DNA of 64,000 nucleotides. It comes from an uncultured delta proteobacterium. GTDB lineage: Bacteria; Myxococcota; Myxococcia; Myxococcales; Myxococcaceae. Under the pieces are notes generated by a model that was not told where the DNA came from, ran no database searches, and saw only the letters and a list, made by a program, of their open reading frames with translations. Made by a program: the position numbers and the translations under genes. The stretch spans positions 96,001-160,000 of the forward strand of contig CAVZMH010000013.1 of assembly GCA_963776345.1 (NCBI GenBank), read 5' to 3'. Positions 27,752 to 39,194 of the stretch are shown here, in pieces. Numbering within the stretch: the stretch's first letter is position 1; every line of letters begins with the position of its first letter.

Positions 27752-28510
27752 ATGTCCTCGACCTCGGATTCCCTCGGCCGGCGCGCCGGACGCGCCTTCA
27801 CCCGCCTGGTGGTGACCCTCCTGGTGCTCGCGCTGCTCGGGGCGGTGGGCTTCCTGCTGAGCCGGCTCAACGCCCGGACGTTCACCCTCCAGCAGCAGGA
27901 CGGGAAGCTGCTGGTGCTGAAGGGGCGGATGCTCCCGGTGGGCGCCGACCCCTACCGGCCCTCCGACCCCGCGCTGGCCGCGGCGTACGCCCCCGTCGAC
28001 CTCCTGGGCGGGACGGCCGCCGGGCTCGACGGGGCGAAGTTCGAGGAGCGCGACGCGCTCGACCGCGCCCTGTTCGGGTTCCTGGAAGGGCTCGCCCGGC
28101 CGAGGCTCGTCTCCGACGACCCGGCGATGCTCTCGGCTGGGTTGATGGTGCTCGGACGGATGCAGAAGCTCGGGGGCATCACCGACGAGCAGCGCCGCAC
28201 CCTGAAGGGCCTCGAGTCCGAGGTGGCGTTCTTCCAGGCCCGCACCCGGCTGGACCAGGCCCGGCGGGACATCGCCGAGGCGATGACCCAGCTGCGGCTC
28301 GCGGCGGACAGCGGCGGGCGGCACGCCCGGTCCGCGCACCGGATGCTCGGCGCGGTGGAGCCGGCCGCCGCGGCGCTGGAGGACGCGCTGCGCCGTGCGG
28401 TGTACACGCTGGACTCGGATTCGTCCGAGACTCCCTCCCCGGCCGGGCCCGCTCCCATCGCCCCCATCGCTCCGTCCGTCCGCCCGACACCCGACGCCGG
28501 GTCGCCCTAG
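27752..28510 (+). CDS. Membrane-anchored hypothetical protein
   Basis: AGGAG RBS, one N-terminal TM, helical body, Pro-rich tail. Confidence 0.75.
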   Translation: MSSTSDSLGRRAGRAFTRLVVTLLVLALLGAVGFLLSRLNARTFTLQQQDGKLLVLKGRMLPVGADPYRPSDPALAAAYAPVDLLGGTAAGLDGAKFEERDALDRALFGFLEGLARPRLVSDDPAMLSAGLMVLGRMQKLGGITDEQRRTLKGLESEVAFFQARTRLDQARRDIAEAMTQLRLAADSGGRHARSAHRMLGAVEPAAAALEDALRRAVYTLDSDSSETPSPAGPAPIAPIAPSVRPTPDAGSP

Positions 28511-28597
28511 AGCGCTTGTGGCCGGACGCGGGGCTCGGCGATGCTCCGCGCCCGAGGGGAGCCATCCGTCAAGGATGTCAAAGGGGGAACACCGCAC

Positions 28598-29134
28598 ATG
28601 ATCCGCACCACGTTCATCTCGCTCGCGATGCTCGCGCTCGCCTGTGCCGAGGGGGCCGCGGGCTCCGGCGCGCCCGACTTCCAGCCCACCGGCGGCATCA
28701 CGGTGGCCTCGGGCAACGGGTCCCGGTTCAACGCCACCCGGGTCGTCGGACCCAAGGCGCAGTTCAACCAGCGCTCCGACGGCAGCTGGGGTGGGACCGT
28801 CTACGGGAGCGGGGGGAGGCCGATCCCCATCGACGCGAACTTCCAGGGCGGGCAGCTCGTCGGGGCCAACATCCGGCTGAACATTGTCCGCCAGGGCGGG
28901 CAGACGAGCATCTTCGGCACGCTCCAGGACCGCATCATCCGGTTCGAACTGAACGCCACCGAGATCCGCGTCTTCACTGGCGCGACCGCCGGGCAGGGGC
29001 GGTCCGAGACCTACGTCAAGCTCGCCGGCCCCGGCGAGTACGGCGGCCCGCAGTCCCTGACGCTCGAGGGCGAGGCGCAGCAGGCTCCGCCGACACCCGC
29101 CTTCGCCCTGGCGATGGTCGCCGCGTTCATCTAG
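28598..29134 (+). CDS. Putative lipoprotein, beta-rich, function unknown
   Basis: GGGGG RBS; signal peptide ending in the lipobox LALAC. Confidence 0.7.
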   Translation: MIRTTFISLAMLALACAEGAAGSGAPDFQPTGGITVASGNGSRFNATRVVGPKAQFNQRSDGSWGGTVYGSGGRPIPIDANFQGGQLVGANIRLNIVRQGGQTSIFGTLQDRIIRFELNATEIRVFTGATAGQGRSETYVKLAGPGEYGGPQSLTLEGEAQQAPPTPAFALAMVAAFI

Positions 29135-29687
29135 GGGCCGCGGCCGGCTCCAGCACCCCGACGAAGGGGAGGTTCCGCCACCGCTCGTCGTGGTCGAGCC
29201 CGTAGCCGACCAGGAACCGGTCGTCGACCTCGAAGCAGGTGTAGTCCACCGTCACCGGCTCGATCCGGCGCGAGGGTTTGTCCAGGAGCGCGCAGGTCCG
29301 CACGCTGCGGCATCCCCGCGCCGCCAGCGCCTGGAGCAGAAAGCGGAGCGTGAGGCCGGTGTCCACGATGTCCTCGACCACCAGGACGTCCCGGTCGTGG
29401 AGAGGGGTGCCGGTGTCGCTGGTGATCCGCACCTCGCCGCTGGAGCGGGTCCCGGCCCCGTACGAGGCCACGCCCAGGAACTCCATCCGCAGCGGCAGGG
29501 CGATGGCCCGGACGAGGTCGGCGGCGAAGATCGAGGCGCCCTTCAGGACGCAGAGGACGGTGAGCGGGCGATCGGCGTAGTCGGCGGTGATGCGCGCGCC
29601 GAGCTCGGCCACCCGCGCGGCGAGGGCCGCCTGCCCGAACAGCACCCGGACGCCGGGCGCCCACGAGACCGGAGAGTCGTCTGGCAT
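29127..29687 (-). CDS. hpt: Hypoxanthine phosphoribosyltransferase
   Basis: VLKGA, VLVVEDIVDTGLT, LLDKPSRR and FLVGYGLD motifs. Confidence 0.95.
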   Translation of the reverse strand: MPDDSPVSWAPGVRVLFGQAALAARVAELGARITADYADRPLTVLCVLKGASIFAADLVRAIALPLRMEFLGVASYGAGTRSSGEVRITSDTGTPLHDRDVLVVEDIVDTGLTLRFLLQALAARGCRSVRTCALLDKPSRRIEPVTVDYTCFEVDDRFLVGYGLDHDERWRNLPFVGVLEPAAAPR

Positions 29688-29900
29688 CGGCGGTCACTCT
29701 AGCGCGCAGCGCGACTTCTTCGAGCGATTCCATGGGGTTCGGCCATGGAGCTCCCTCGGCCCTGGGGCCCTCGCCCGGGCGCGGTCTCCACGGGCGTGTT
29801 CCCCAAACCCCGACGCCTGGCTGCCCGCCCGCTGTGTAGGCGGAGGTGCTTGATTTCTGTCCGGTGCTCAACGGAAGCTTCCCCCGAGCGAGGGGCGGCC

Positions 29901-30170
29901 ATGGACATCACGGACGTGAAGATTTTTCCGGTCGATGAGGAAAAGCTCAAGGCGTACGTGACCATCACCCTGGACGGCTGCTTCGTGGTGCGGGACCTGA
30001 AGGTCATCCAGGGCTCCGCGGGACTGTTTGTCGCCATGCCGGCCAAGAAGCGGAAGGACGGCACCTACAAGGACATCGCCCACCCGCTGAACACCGACAT
30101 GCGGGCCCGCATGGAGCGCGTCATCCTCGACCAGTACGAGCGGAGCACCGAACGCCTGGGCGCGGCCTAG
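29901..30170 (+). CDS. spoVG: SpoVG family nucleic-acid-binding protein
   Basis: MDITDVKI...LKAYVTITLD..FVVRDLKVI.G..GLFVAMP.KK.KDG.YKDIAHP. Confidence 0.93.
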   Translation: MDITDVKIFPVDEEKLKAYVTITLDGCFVVRDLKVIQGSAGLFVAMPAKKRKDGTYKDIAHPLNTDMRARMERVILDQYERSTERLGAA

Positions 30171-30227
30171 AGGGCCCCCGGCGGCTGATTGCTCGCCGCA
30201 CTTCCACATCGGGCTCCGCTGATCTAG

Positions 30228-31202
30228 GTGAACACCGCCCCCGACCCCATGCCCACGGCGCGCGACTTCAAGGTCTTCGCTGGAAACTCCAACCTCCCGC
30301 TCGCGCGCCGCATCTGTGAGCACCTGAAGCGCCCGCTGGGCAAGGCCGAGGTGGGCCGGTTCTCGGATGGCGAGATCCAGATCGAGATCGGCGAGAACGT
30401 CCGCGGCCAGGACGCCTTCATCGTCCAGTCCACCTGCCCGCCGGCGAACGACCACATCATGGAGCTGCTGATCATGTGTGACGCGCTCAAGCGCGCCTCC
30501 GCACAGTCGATCACCGCGGTGATCCCCTACTTCGGCTACGCCCGGCAGGACCGGAAGGTCGTCCCCCGGACGCCGATCACCGCGAAGCTGGTGGCCGATT
30601 TGCTCGAGTCCGCCGGCGCCACCCGGGTCGTGTCCATGGACATGCACGTGGCGCAGATCCAGGGCTTCTTCCACATCCCGTCGGACCACCTCTTCGCCTC
30701 GCCGGTGTTCCTCGAGGACGTCCGGCGCAACTTCCCTGCCACCGACGAGCTGGTGCTGGTCTCGCCCGACGCGGGCGGCGTGGAGCGGGCGCGCGCCTAC
30801 TCCAAGCGGCTCAACGCCTCGCTGGCCATCGTCGACAAGCGGCGCACCCGGGCCAACGTCTCCGAGGTGATGAACCTCATCGGCGACGTCCGCGGGCGCG
30901 ACGCCGTGCTCATCGACGACATGGTGGACACCGGCGGGACGCTCACCCAGGCAGCCCTGGCGCTGAAGGCCGAGGGCGCGCGGCGGGTGGTGGCCTACGC
31001 GGTGCATCCCATCCTCTCCGGGCCGGCAGTGAAGCGCATCCAGGAGTCGGTGCTGGAGGAGGCCGTGTTCACCGACACCGTCCCGCTCGGTCCCGCCGCC
31101 GCGGCCTGCACCAAGATCCGGCAGCTCAGCACCGCCCGGCTCTTCGCCGACGCCATCCAGCGCATCTACTCCGGCGACTCGCTCAGCTCGCTCTTCGTGT
31201 AG
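30228..31202 (+). CDS. prs: Ribose-phosphate pyrophosphokinase
   Basis: FSDGE, PYFGYARQDRK, VSPDAGGVERAR and DDMVDTGGT motifs. The start may be ATG 30249. Confidence 0.97.
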   Translation: MNTAPDPMPTARDFKVFAGNSNLPLARRICEHLKRPLGKAEVGRFSDGEIQIEIGENVRGQDAFIVQSTCPPANDHIMELLIMCDALKRASAQSITAVIPYFGYARQDRKVVPRTPITAKLVADLLESAGATRVVSMDMHVAQIQGFFHIPSDHLFASPVFLEDVRRNFPATDELVLVSPDAGGVERARAYSKRLNASLAIVDKRRTRANVSEVMNLIGDVRGRDAVLIDDMVDTGGTLTQAALALKAEGARRVVAYAVHPILSGPAVKRIQESVLEEAVFTDTVPLGPAAAACTKIRQLSTARLFADAIQRIYSGDSLSSLFV

Positions 31203-31732
31203 CGACGGGCCGGCATCGCACCGTCGCCTCCGCTCTCGCGCATGCTCCCACCCTGGCGCTGCGACCGCGGGGGGGGGCGGACGTTGGCGCAGGCGGCAAC
31301 CTTCCGTCATACTCGGACGCGCTGGAACCCGGGGACAGTCCCGGAGCGCGAATGGGTCACTGGCGGTCTGGCGGACGACCGCGGGCTCCAGCAGAGCACG
31401 TCGCGGAGAGAGGATGCCTGCCCGGAGCCGATCGAAGACGGTGCTCATCGTCGAGGACGATCCGGACATCCGGGAGGTCCTGGAGGAGATGATCGACGCC
31501 GGAGGCCATCCGGTGCTCACCGCCACCAACGGCGCCGAGGGGCTGGCCGCGCTCACCCAGGTGGACCCGCCGGCGCTGGTGCTGCTCGATCTGATGATGC
31601 CGGTGATGAGCGGCTTCGCCTTCCTCGAGGAGCTGGCCCGGATGCCGGCCCGGAGGGGCGACATGGTCCTGCTGATCAGCGCCAACGAGACCGTCGACCG
31701 CGCCGCGCAGCTCCCCGGCGTGGTGGGCTACG

Positions 31733-33447
<1,715 letters not shown>

Positions 33448-33451
<4 letters not shown>

Positions 33452-34602
33452 CCCTGCCCGACGCGCGCCGGGAGCTCGAAGCGCGCCTCCTCACCGGCGA
33501 GCCCCACCTCGACGGTGCGCCGCCAGTAACGGAGGCCGGCCTCGAGCGTGAGCCGGTCGACGCCCGGGAGCCGGCCGACCAGCCGGCCGGTGCCGGAGAT
33601 GAGCGTCCGGAGCCCCGGCGCGACGAACCGCCACGGCGTGCGCGGATACCCCAGCGCGTCAGCGTACCGGTCGCCGACGAGGTAGCGGCCGACGCCGTAG
33701 GCCACCGGGAGAAAGCGCTCGGCCCGGGCGCGATCGGCGGCCGAGCGGGTCTCGTGCAGCGGCGACTCGACCAGGGCCTGGGCGAGCGCCGCGGAGTCCG
33801 CGTCCGGCGGCTCCTGGGTCGCCTCGAGCAGCTCCCAGAGGCCACGGGCCTCGGGCTCGGTGGCGGAGAGCAGCTCGGGCTCCACGCCCAGCACCCAGCC
33901 GCCGATGCGCCACAGGTGGAGCACGTCCTCGCAGTCGGCCTGCCCGATGCGGAAGCCGAGCATCCGCAGCCCGTCCACCAGCACCAGCGAGAAGAGGAGC
34001 GCCGTGCCGGCCATGTCGACCTGGTTGATGGGATCGCCCCACGCGCCCGCGTCCCACCGCGGCGAGCTCCGGAGCAGCCGGCGGATCTGCGCGTGCATCA
34101 GGCGGACGCGCGCCGCCGCCACCCAGCCCGCCGCGCCCGGGGCGAGTGAATCGGGCTGGTAGACCAGGCTCACGAAGCGGCTGGTCTCGGAGAGCCGGCG
34201 TGGCGCGGCCTCGCGGAGCCGGCCGGAGAAGACCAGCGGCTTGTTCCCCGCGGGGCTGCAGTAGCCGGCGACCAGCGAGCGAAACCCGAGGACCACGCCT
34301 CCGAAGAAGCCCGTCCGGAGCAGCACCTCGCCCCCCCGGCGGGCGCGGTCGAGGTCGGCCCAGAAGGGCAGCTCGGAGAGCCCGGCTCGCAGGGCCCGGA
34401 GCTCGGCCGGGAGCGGCAGGACGTCGCCGGTGAGCGTCTGGTCCACCATGCGCTCCCGCTCCTCGGGTGAGCGGCCGGCGAGCACCTCCAACGCGGCGTC
34501 GGCCAGTGGATCGCCCGCGGCGAGGAAGCCGCCCAGCCGGTCGACCCTGGGGCCGAACCGGCGACGGGCCTCGTCGAGGTGGACGAATCGGGTGGGGAAC
34601 AT
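33448..34602 (-). CDS. Oxygenase MpaB / DUF2236 (Lcp-like heme protein) family
   Basis: GDPLAD, RRLSETSRF, RVRLMHAQIR, WGDPINQVDM and HLWRIGGWVLGV motifs. Confidence 0.85.
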
Positions 34603-34770
34603 GGGGGGCGGGCGGACGTCAGAGGTAATCGGCGCCGCGCGTCCTCGCTTCACCGGTGGAGGCGCCGGCTTGACGATGGAGGCAAAGGTTGGCAGTAGAG
34701 CGGCTTTCGTCGGTCCCGGGGCCCGCCAGGGGGTGGGATGCCGGTCCGGCGCAGAACAGGAGCAGCACCC

Positions 34771-35517
34771 ATGGCCATCACCCGGAACACTCTCTCGGCA
34801 CGCGCGCGCGAAGGCGCGGGCAAGGGCTCGGCGCGGCGTCTGCGGGCCGAGGGCCTGGTCCCCGCGGTCGTCTACGGCCGCCACCTCGAGACCCCGGTGC
34901 ACATCGCAGTGGACCCGGTGGAGGTGAAGAAGGCCATCGCCACCCCGCACCGCCTGAACACGCTGCTGTCCTTGAAGCTCGACGGGCAGCCGGAGCGGCT
35001 GGTGCTGCTCAAGGACTACCAGCAGGACCCGCTCAGCCGGGAGATGCTCCATGCCGACTTCATCGACGTGCGCGAGAACGAGCAGGTGAAGGTGAACGTC
35101 CCCCTCGTCCTGGTGGGCAAGCCGGTGGGCGTGACCGAGGGTGGCATCCTGTCGCAGAGCCGCCGCGACCTCGAGGTCTACGCCCTCCCCGGCGCCATCC
35201 CCGAGAAGATCGAGGCCGACGTCAGCGCGCTGAAGATCGCCCAGTCGCTGCACATCAACGAGGTGAAGATGCCCGCGGGCGTCCGGGTGAAGACGCAGGT
35301 GAACTACACCATCGCGGTCGTCTCGGTGCCGGAGAAGGAGGAGGTCGCCCCGGTGGTGGCGGCGGCGGTCCCGGTGGCGGGTGCTCCAGCGGCCGGTGCG
35401 CCGGGCGCGGCTCCGGCGGCGGCCGATGCCAAGGCGGCCGAGGGCAAGGGCGGCGCGGCTCCGGCGGCGGCGGCCAAGGAAGGCGGCGGCGGCAAGAAGG
35501 ACGAGAAGAAGAAGTAA
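34771..35517 (+). CDS. rplY: 50S ribosomal protein L25 / general stress protein Ctc
   Basis: GKGSARRLR..GLVPAVVYG, HADF and GVTEGG motifs; Ala/Gly/Lys-rich tail. Confidence 0.95.
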   Translation: MAITRNTLSARAREGAGKGSARRLRAEGLVPAVVYGRHLETPVHIAVDPVEVKKAIATPHRLNTLLSLKLDGQPERLVLLKDYQQDPLSREMLHADFIDVRENEQVKVNVPLVLVGKPVGVTEGGILSQSRRDLEVYALPGAIPEKIEADVSALKIAQSLHINEVKMPAGVRVKTQVNYTIAVVSVPEKEEVAPVVAAAVPVAGAPAAGAPGAAPAAADAKAAEGKGGAAPAAAAKEGGGGKKDEKKK

Positions 35518-35523
35518 GCCCTC

Positions 35524-36105
35524 GTGCACGGGGCCAAGCTCGTCGTGGGGCTCGGGAACCCGGGCCGCGAGTACGCCGGCCACCGGCACAACGTGGGCTA
35601 CATGGTGGTGGACCGGCTGGCCGGCGCGGTGGGCGTCGCGCTCGGCCAGTCGAAGTTCCAGGGCCGCTTCGGGCAGGGCGACGCGGGGAAGACCCGGCTC
35701 CTCCTCCTCGAGCCCGAGACGTACATGAACGCCTCGGGCGAGGCGGTGTCCGCGGCGGCGCGCTTCTTCAAGCTCGCGCCCGAGGACCTGCTCGTCGTCC
35801 ACGACGAGCTGGACCTCCCGTTCGGGCGGCTGCAGCTCAAGCGCGGCGGCGGGACGGGCGGCCACAACGGGCTCGAGTCGATCGTGGAGCAGCTCGGGGA
35901 CCCGGGCTTCGTGCGGCTCCGCTTCGGCATCGGGAAGCCCACCGGCCCGAATGCGAAGGAGCGGGTGGTGGGGCACGTGCTCCACGACTTCTCGTCCGAG
36001 GAGCGGGACGGTCTCGAGCCGTTGCTCGAGCGCGCGGTCGACATGGCGCGGGCGTGGCTGTCGCTCGGGCTCGCCGAGGCGATGAACCGGCACAACCGGC
36101 GCTGA
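35524..36105 (+). CDS. pth: Peptidyl-tRNA hydrolase
   Basis: VVGLGNPG, RHNVG, TYMNASG, VHDELDL and GGHNG motifs. Confidence 0.96.
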   Translation: MHGAKLVVGLGNPGREYAGHRHNVGYMVVDRLAGAVGVALGQSKFQGRFGQGDAGKTRLLLLEPETYMNASGEAVSAAARFFKLAPEDLLVVHDELDLPFGRLQLKRGGGTGGHNGLESIVEQLGDPGFVRLRFGIGKPTGPNAKERVVGHVLHDFSSEERDGLEPLLERAVDMARAWLSLGLAEAMNRHNRR

Positions 36106-36140
36106 GGAGCGGGGGCAGGGAGCCGGCTGAACCCCCTCAC

Positions 36141-36169
36141 TTGACGTGGGCCTCCCAGCCCGATAGTCA
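36141..36169 (+). promoter_or_regulatory. Putative sigma70-type promoter for rpsF-rpsR-rplI
   Basis: TTGACG (36141-36146), 17-bp spacer, TAGTCA (36164-36169). Confidence 0.6.
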
Positions 36170-36263
36170 GGCCGGCTCGTTCTTTGAAGAAGCAGCGCGA
36201 GGGCGACGGGCGCGCGGTGTTCCCGTCCCCGGTGGGCGTGCCGGCAATCGGCCGCTGACCGCA

Positions 36264-36305
36264 TCCCCGCTCCGGGCGCTGGACCCGGGGCACAACCCGA
36301 GGGGA
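36264..36305 (+). promoter_or_regulatory. Putative S6:S18-binding mRNA leader of rpsF
   Basis: Outer stem TCCCC/GGGGA (reaching the SD region), inner hairpin GCTCCGGG/CCCGGGGC, and a 3' bulge ACAACCCGA containing CCG. This matches the known S6:S18 leader architecture. Confidence 0.65.
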
Positions 36306-36314
36306 AGGAACACA

Positions 36315-36779
36315 ATGGCAGAGCAGACGGCGCATCACCTGCGCGAGTACGAGACCATCTTCCTGGTCAAGCCCGACCTCACCGACGAGGGCGTGGACAA
36401 GCTCAAGGACCGCGTCCGCGGCATCGTCAACCGGGAGGGCGGGAAGCTGATCCGCTTCACGGTGTGGGGCAAGAAGAAGACCATGTACCCGGTCGCCAAG
36501 CAGCCCCGGGCCATCTACGTCCACGCCTCCTACCTGGGTGGTCAGGCGCTGGTGGCCGAGGTGGAGCGCAACCTCCGAAACCTCGACGAGGTCACCCGCT
36601 GGCTCTCGGTGAAGGTGGCCGAGGACGTCGACCCCGAGACCCGGCCGGTGCAGGAGGACGTGAAGCTGGCGGGCGACATGGACGAGGCCCGTGGCCCGGT
36701 CCCGGAGCGCGCGGGACCCGCGCGTGAGGGCGTCGAGGTCGTCGAGGGGCTGGACGAGGAGGCGCCGGAGGAGGCCTGA
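36315..36779 (+). CDS. rpsF: 30S ribosomal protein S6 with acidic C-terminal extension
   Basis: [20 protein letters not shown] motifs; GGAAGGA RBS. Confidence 0.95.
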   Translation: MAEQTAHHLREYETIFLVKPDLTDEGVDKLKDRVRGIVNREGGKLIRFTVWGKKKTMYPVAKQPRAIYVHASYLGGQALVAEVERNLRNLDEVTRWLSVKVAEDVDPETRPVQEDVKLAGDMDEARGPVPERAGPAREGVEVVEGLDEEAPEEA

Positions 36780-36805
36780 GGCCAACCTCCGTGACGAGCA
36801 CGACA

Positions 36806-37213
36806 ATGACCGGACAATTCAACAACGGAAACGGCCCCTCGCGGGGCGACGGACCCCGCTCTGGCGGACGCCCGGGCGGCTTCGGTGGCGGTGGCGGTGG
36901 GGGGGCGGGCGGCGACCGGGGCAGCTTCGGCGGTGGCGGCGGCGACCGGGGCTTCGGCGGTGGTGGTGACGACGACAAGCGCGGTGGCCGCGGCGGCTTC
37001 GGCCGCAAGAAGGTCTGCCGCTTCTGCGCCGAGAAGGGCAGCCACCCCGACTTCAAGGACCAGGCGATGCTCAAGTACTTCGTGACCGAGCGGGGGAAGA
37101 TCATCCCCCGGCGGATCTCGGGGAACTGCGCCAAGCATCAGCGGCAGGTGGCGGTCGCCATCAAGCGCGCCCGCGGCCTGGCCCTCATCCCCTACAACGC
37201 CCTGGTGGGCTGA
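36806..37213 (+). CDS. rpsR: 30S ribosomal protein S18 (Zn-binding C+ type) with a Gly/Arg-rich N-terminal extension
   Basis: [30 protein letters not shown] and AIKRAR.LALIPY motifs. Confidence 0.95.
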   Translation: MTGQFNNGNGPSRGDGPRSGGRPGGFGGGGGGGAGGDRGSFGGGGGDRGFGGGGDDDKRGGRGGFGRKKVCRFCAEKGSHPDFKDQAMLKYFVTERGKIIPRRISGNCAKHQRQVAVAIKRARGLALIPYNALVG

Positions 37214-37226
37214 AGCGGAGGACGCC

Positions 37227-37679
37227 ATGGCGATGAAGCTGATCTTGCGCGAGGACGTCCCCAATCTCGGAAAGTCGGGCGAGCTGGTGAACGTGAAGCC
37301 CGGCTTCGGCCGCAACTATCTCCTGCCGCGGAAGCTGGCGGTGCCGGCCAACGAGGGCAACGTGGCCCAGCTGGAGCACGACCGGGCGGTCATCTCTGCC
37401 CGCCAGGCCAAGCTGCGCGGCAACGCCGAGGAGCAGGCCAAGCGAATCAACGCGGTGTCCATCACCGTGGCCCGGAAGGTCGGCGAGCAGGACAAGCTCT
37501 TCGGCTCGGTGACCGCGCTGGACATCGCCGAGGCGCTGGCGGCCAAGGGCCAGAAGGTGGACCGGCGGCACATCCACCTGCCCGAGCCGATCAAGACGGT
37601 GGGCGCCCACGAGGTGGAGATCCGCCTCCACCGGGACGTGACGGCGAAGATCAAGGTCGAGGTCGTCCCGGAGGGGTGA
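37227..37679 (+). CDS. rplI: 50S ribosomal protein L9
   Basis: [30 protein letters not shown] and KLFGSVT motifs. Confidence 0.97.
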   Translation: MAMKLILREDVPNLGKSGELVNVKPGFGRNYLLPRKLAVPANEGNVAQLEHDRAVISARQAKLRGNAEEQAKRINAVSITVARKVGEQDKLFGSVTALDIAEALAAKGQKVDRRHIHLPEPIKTVGAHEVEIRLHRDVTAKIKVEVVPEG

Positions 37680-37691
37680 GGCAGCCTGCCC

Positions 37692-37728
37692 GCCGGCCCG
37701 GGGAGCGCCTTCTCCCGGGCCGGTTTGC
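37692..37728 (+). terminator. Possible intrinsic terminator hairpin after rplI
   Basis: CCGGCCCGGG...CCCGGGCCGG stem followed by a short TTT tract. Confidence 0.45.
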
Positions 37729-37789
37729 CGTTGCTTGCTGTCAGGGAGCGGAGGGATCCTCCGCCGCTCCCTCCGGGAAGTGGTGATCG

Positions 37790-39160
37790 ATGGCCGTCGT
37801 CCAGCCGCTGCGTCAACAGACCGAGGACCTCGCCGCCGAGCGCGCGGTGCTCGGCGCGGTCCTGGCGGACCACACGGTGCTGGCCTCGGTGGCGGAGGTC
37901 GTCCTCGCGGATGACTTCTCCAGCCCGGCCCACGGGCAGATCTTCGCCGCGATGCTGGCCCTCGACGGGACGCAGCGCCCGGTCGACCACCTCACGCTGT
38001 CCGAGGAGCTGAAGACCCGCGGCCAGCTCGCCGGCGTGGGCGGCCCGGCGTACCTCATGACGCTGGACCAGGTCGTTCCCCTGGCCTCGAGCGCCGTCGA
38101 CTACGCGCGGATCGTCAAGGACCAGTCGGTGCGCCGACGCCTGGCGCAGGTGGGCCGGGAGATCCTCGAGCTCGCGAGCCAGGACACCGGGGAGCTGGAC
38201 GCCATCCTCGACGAGGCCGAGCGGCGGGTGTTCCAGCTCGCGGAGCGGAAGCGCGAGGGCGAGCTGAAGCCGGTGCGCGAGCTGATGGAGCGCACGCTCG
38301 ATCTGCTCGACCGGATGAAGATGTCGTCGAGCGGCGTCACCGGGCTGTCGACCGGGTTCGTCGACCTCGACCTGCAGCTCACCGGGCTGCACCCGGGCGA
38401 GCTGCTGATCCTCGCCGCACGGCCCGGCGTGGGGAAGACCTCGCTGGCGATGAACGTGGCGATGCACGTGGCGCTCAAGGAGGAGCGACCGGTGGGCATC
38501 TTCTCGCTGGAGATGCCGGCGGATCAGCTCCTGATGCGCCTGCTCGCGAGCGCGGCCCGGGTGGACATGAAGAAGCTCCGGGGCGGGCGGCTCACTCCCC
38601 ACGACGAGGAGAAGTTCCAGGAGGTCGCCGGGAGCCTGTTCAACGCGCCGCTGTTCATCGACGACACCGGCGCCCTGTCGCCGTTCGACCTGCGGGCCAA
38701 GGCGCGGCGGCTGAAGCAGAAGAACCAGGCGCTGGGGCTCCTGGTGGTGGACTACCTCCAGCTCATGCACCAGAAGGGGAAGGTCGAGAGCCGCCAGCTG
38801 GAGGTGAGCGAGATCAGCCGCTCCCTCAAGGCGCTGGCCAAGGAGCTGGAGGTGCCGATCCTCGCCCTGAGCCAGCTGAACCGGAAGGTCGAGGAGCGCA
38901 AGGGCGGACGGCCGATGCTCTCGGACCTCCGCGAGTCCGGCGCCATCGAGCAGGACGCGGACGTGGTGATGTTCATCCACCGCGACGACGGCGGCGACGA
39001 GGACGAGGGTGGCGGCGGCTCCGGTGGCTATGGCGGCGGCCGGGGCGCGGTGCCGGTGGAGCTCATCGTCGCCAAGCAGCGAAACGGGCCCACCGGGACC
39101 ATCGACCTCGTCTTCCTCTCCGAGTTCACCCGGTTCGAGAGCCGGGCCCGCGGCGACTGA
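37790..39160 (+). CDS. dnaB: Replicative DNA helicase DnaB
   Basis: AERAVLG, AARPGVGKT, FSLEM, VDYLQLM, LSQLNR, DLRESGAIEQDAD and KQRNGP motifs; no intein. Confidence 0.97.
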   Translation: MAVVQPLRQQTEDLAAERAVLGAVLADHTVLASVAEVVLADDFSSPAHGQIFAAMLALDGTQRPVDHLTLSEELKTRGQLAGVGGPAYLMTLDQVVPLASSAVDYARIVKDQSVRRRLAQVGREILELASQDTGELDAILDEAERRVFQLAERKREGELKPVRELMERTLDLLDRMKMSSSGVTGLSTGFVDLDLQLTGLHPGELLILAARPGVGKTSLAMNVAMHVALKEERPVGIFSLEMPADQLLMRLLASAARVDMKKLRGGRLTPHDEEKFQEVAGSLFNAPLFIDDTGALSPFDLRAKARRLKQKNQALGLLVVDYLQLMHQKGKVESRQLEVSEISRSLKALAKELEVPILALSQLNRKVEERKGGRPMLSDLRESGAIEQDADVVMFIHRDDGGDEDEGGGGSGGYGGGRGAVPVELIVAKQRNGPTGTIDLVFLSEFTRFESRARGD

Positions 39161-39194
39161 ACCGGCGGGCCCTCTCCTCTTCCCGGCCCGGCCA

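Noticed and set aside
29702..29900. Structured ncRNA or riboswitch between hpt and spoVG
   Set aside because: Only short GC hairpins; no recognisable purine, TPP or c-di-GMP riboswitch consensus.
31268..31278. G9 homopolymer upstream of the response regulator as a phase-variation tract
   Set aside because: It lies outside the coding sequence and the apparent promoter spacer; G runs are common at this GC content.
37790..39160. Intein or unusual insertion in DnaB
   Set aside because: Length (456 aa) is normal. Only a short Gly/Asp-rich loop (GGDEDEGGGGSGGYGGG) is present near the C-terminus.
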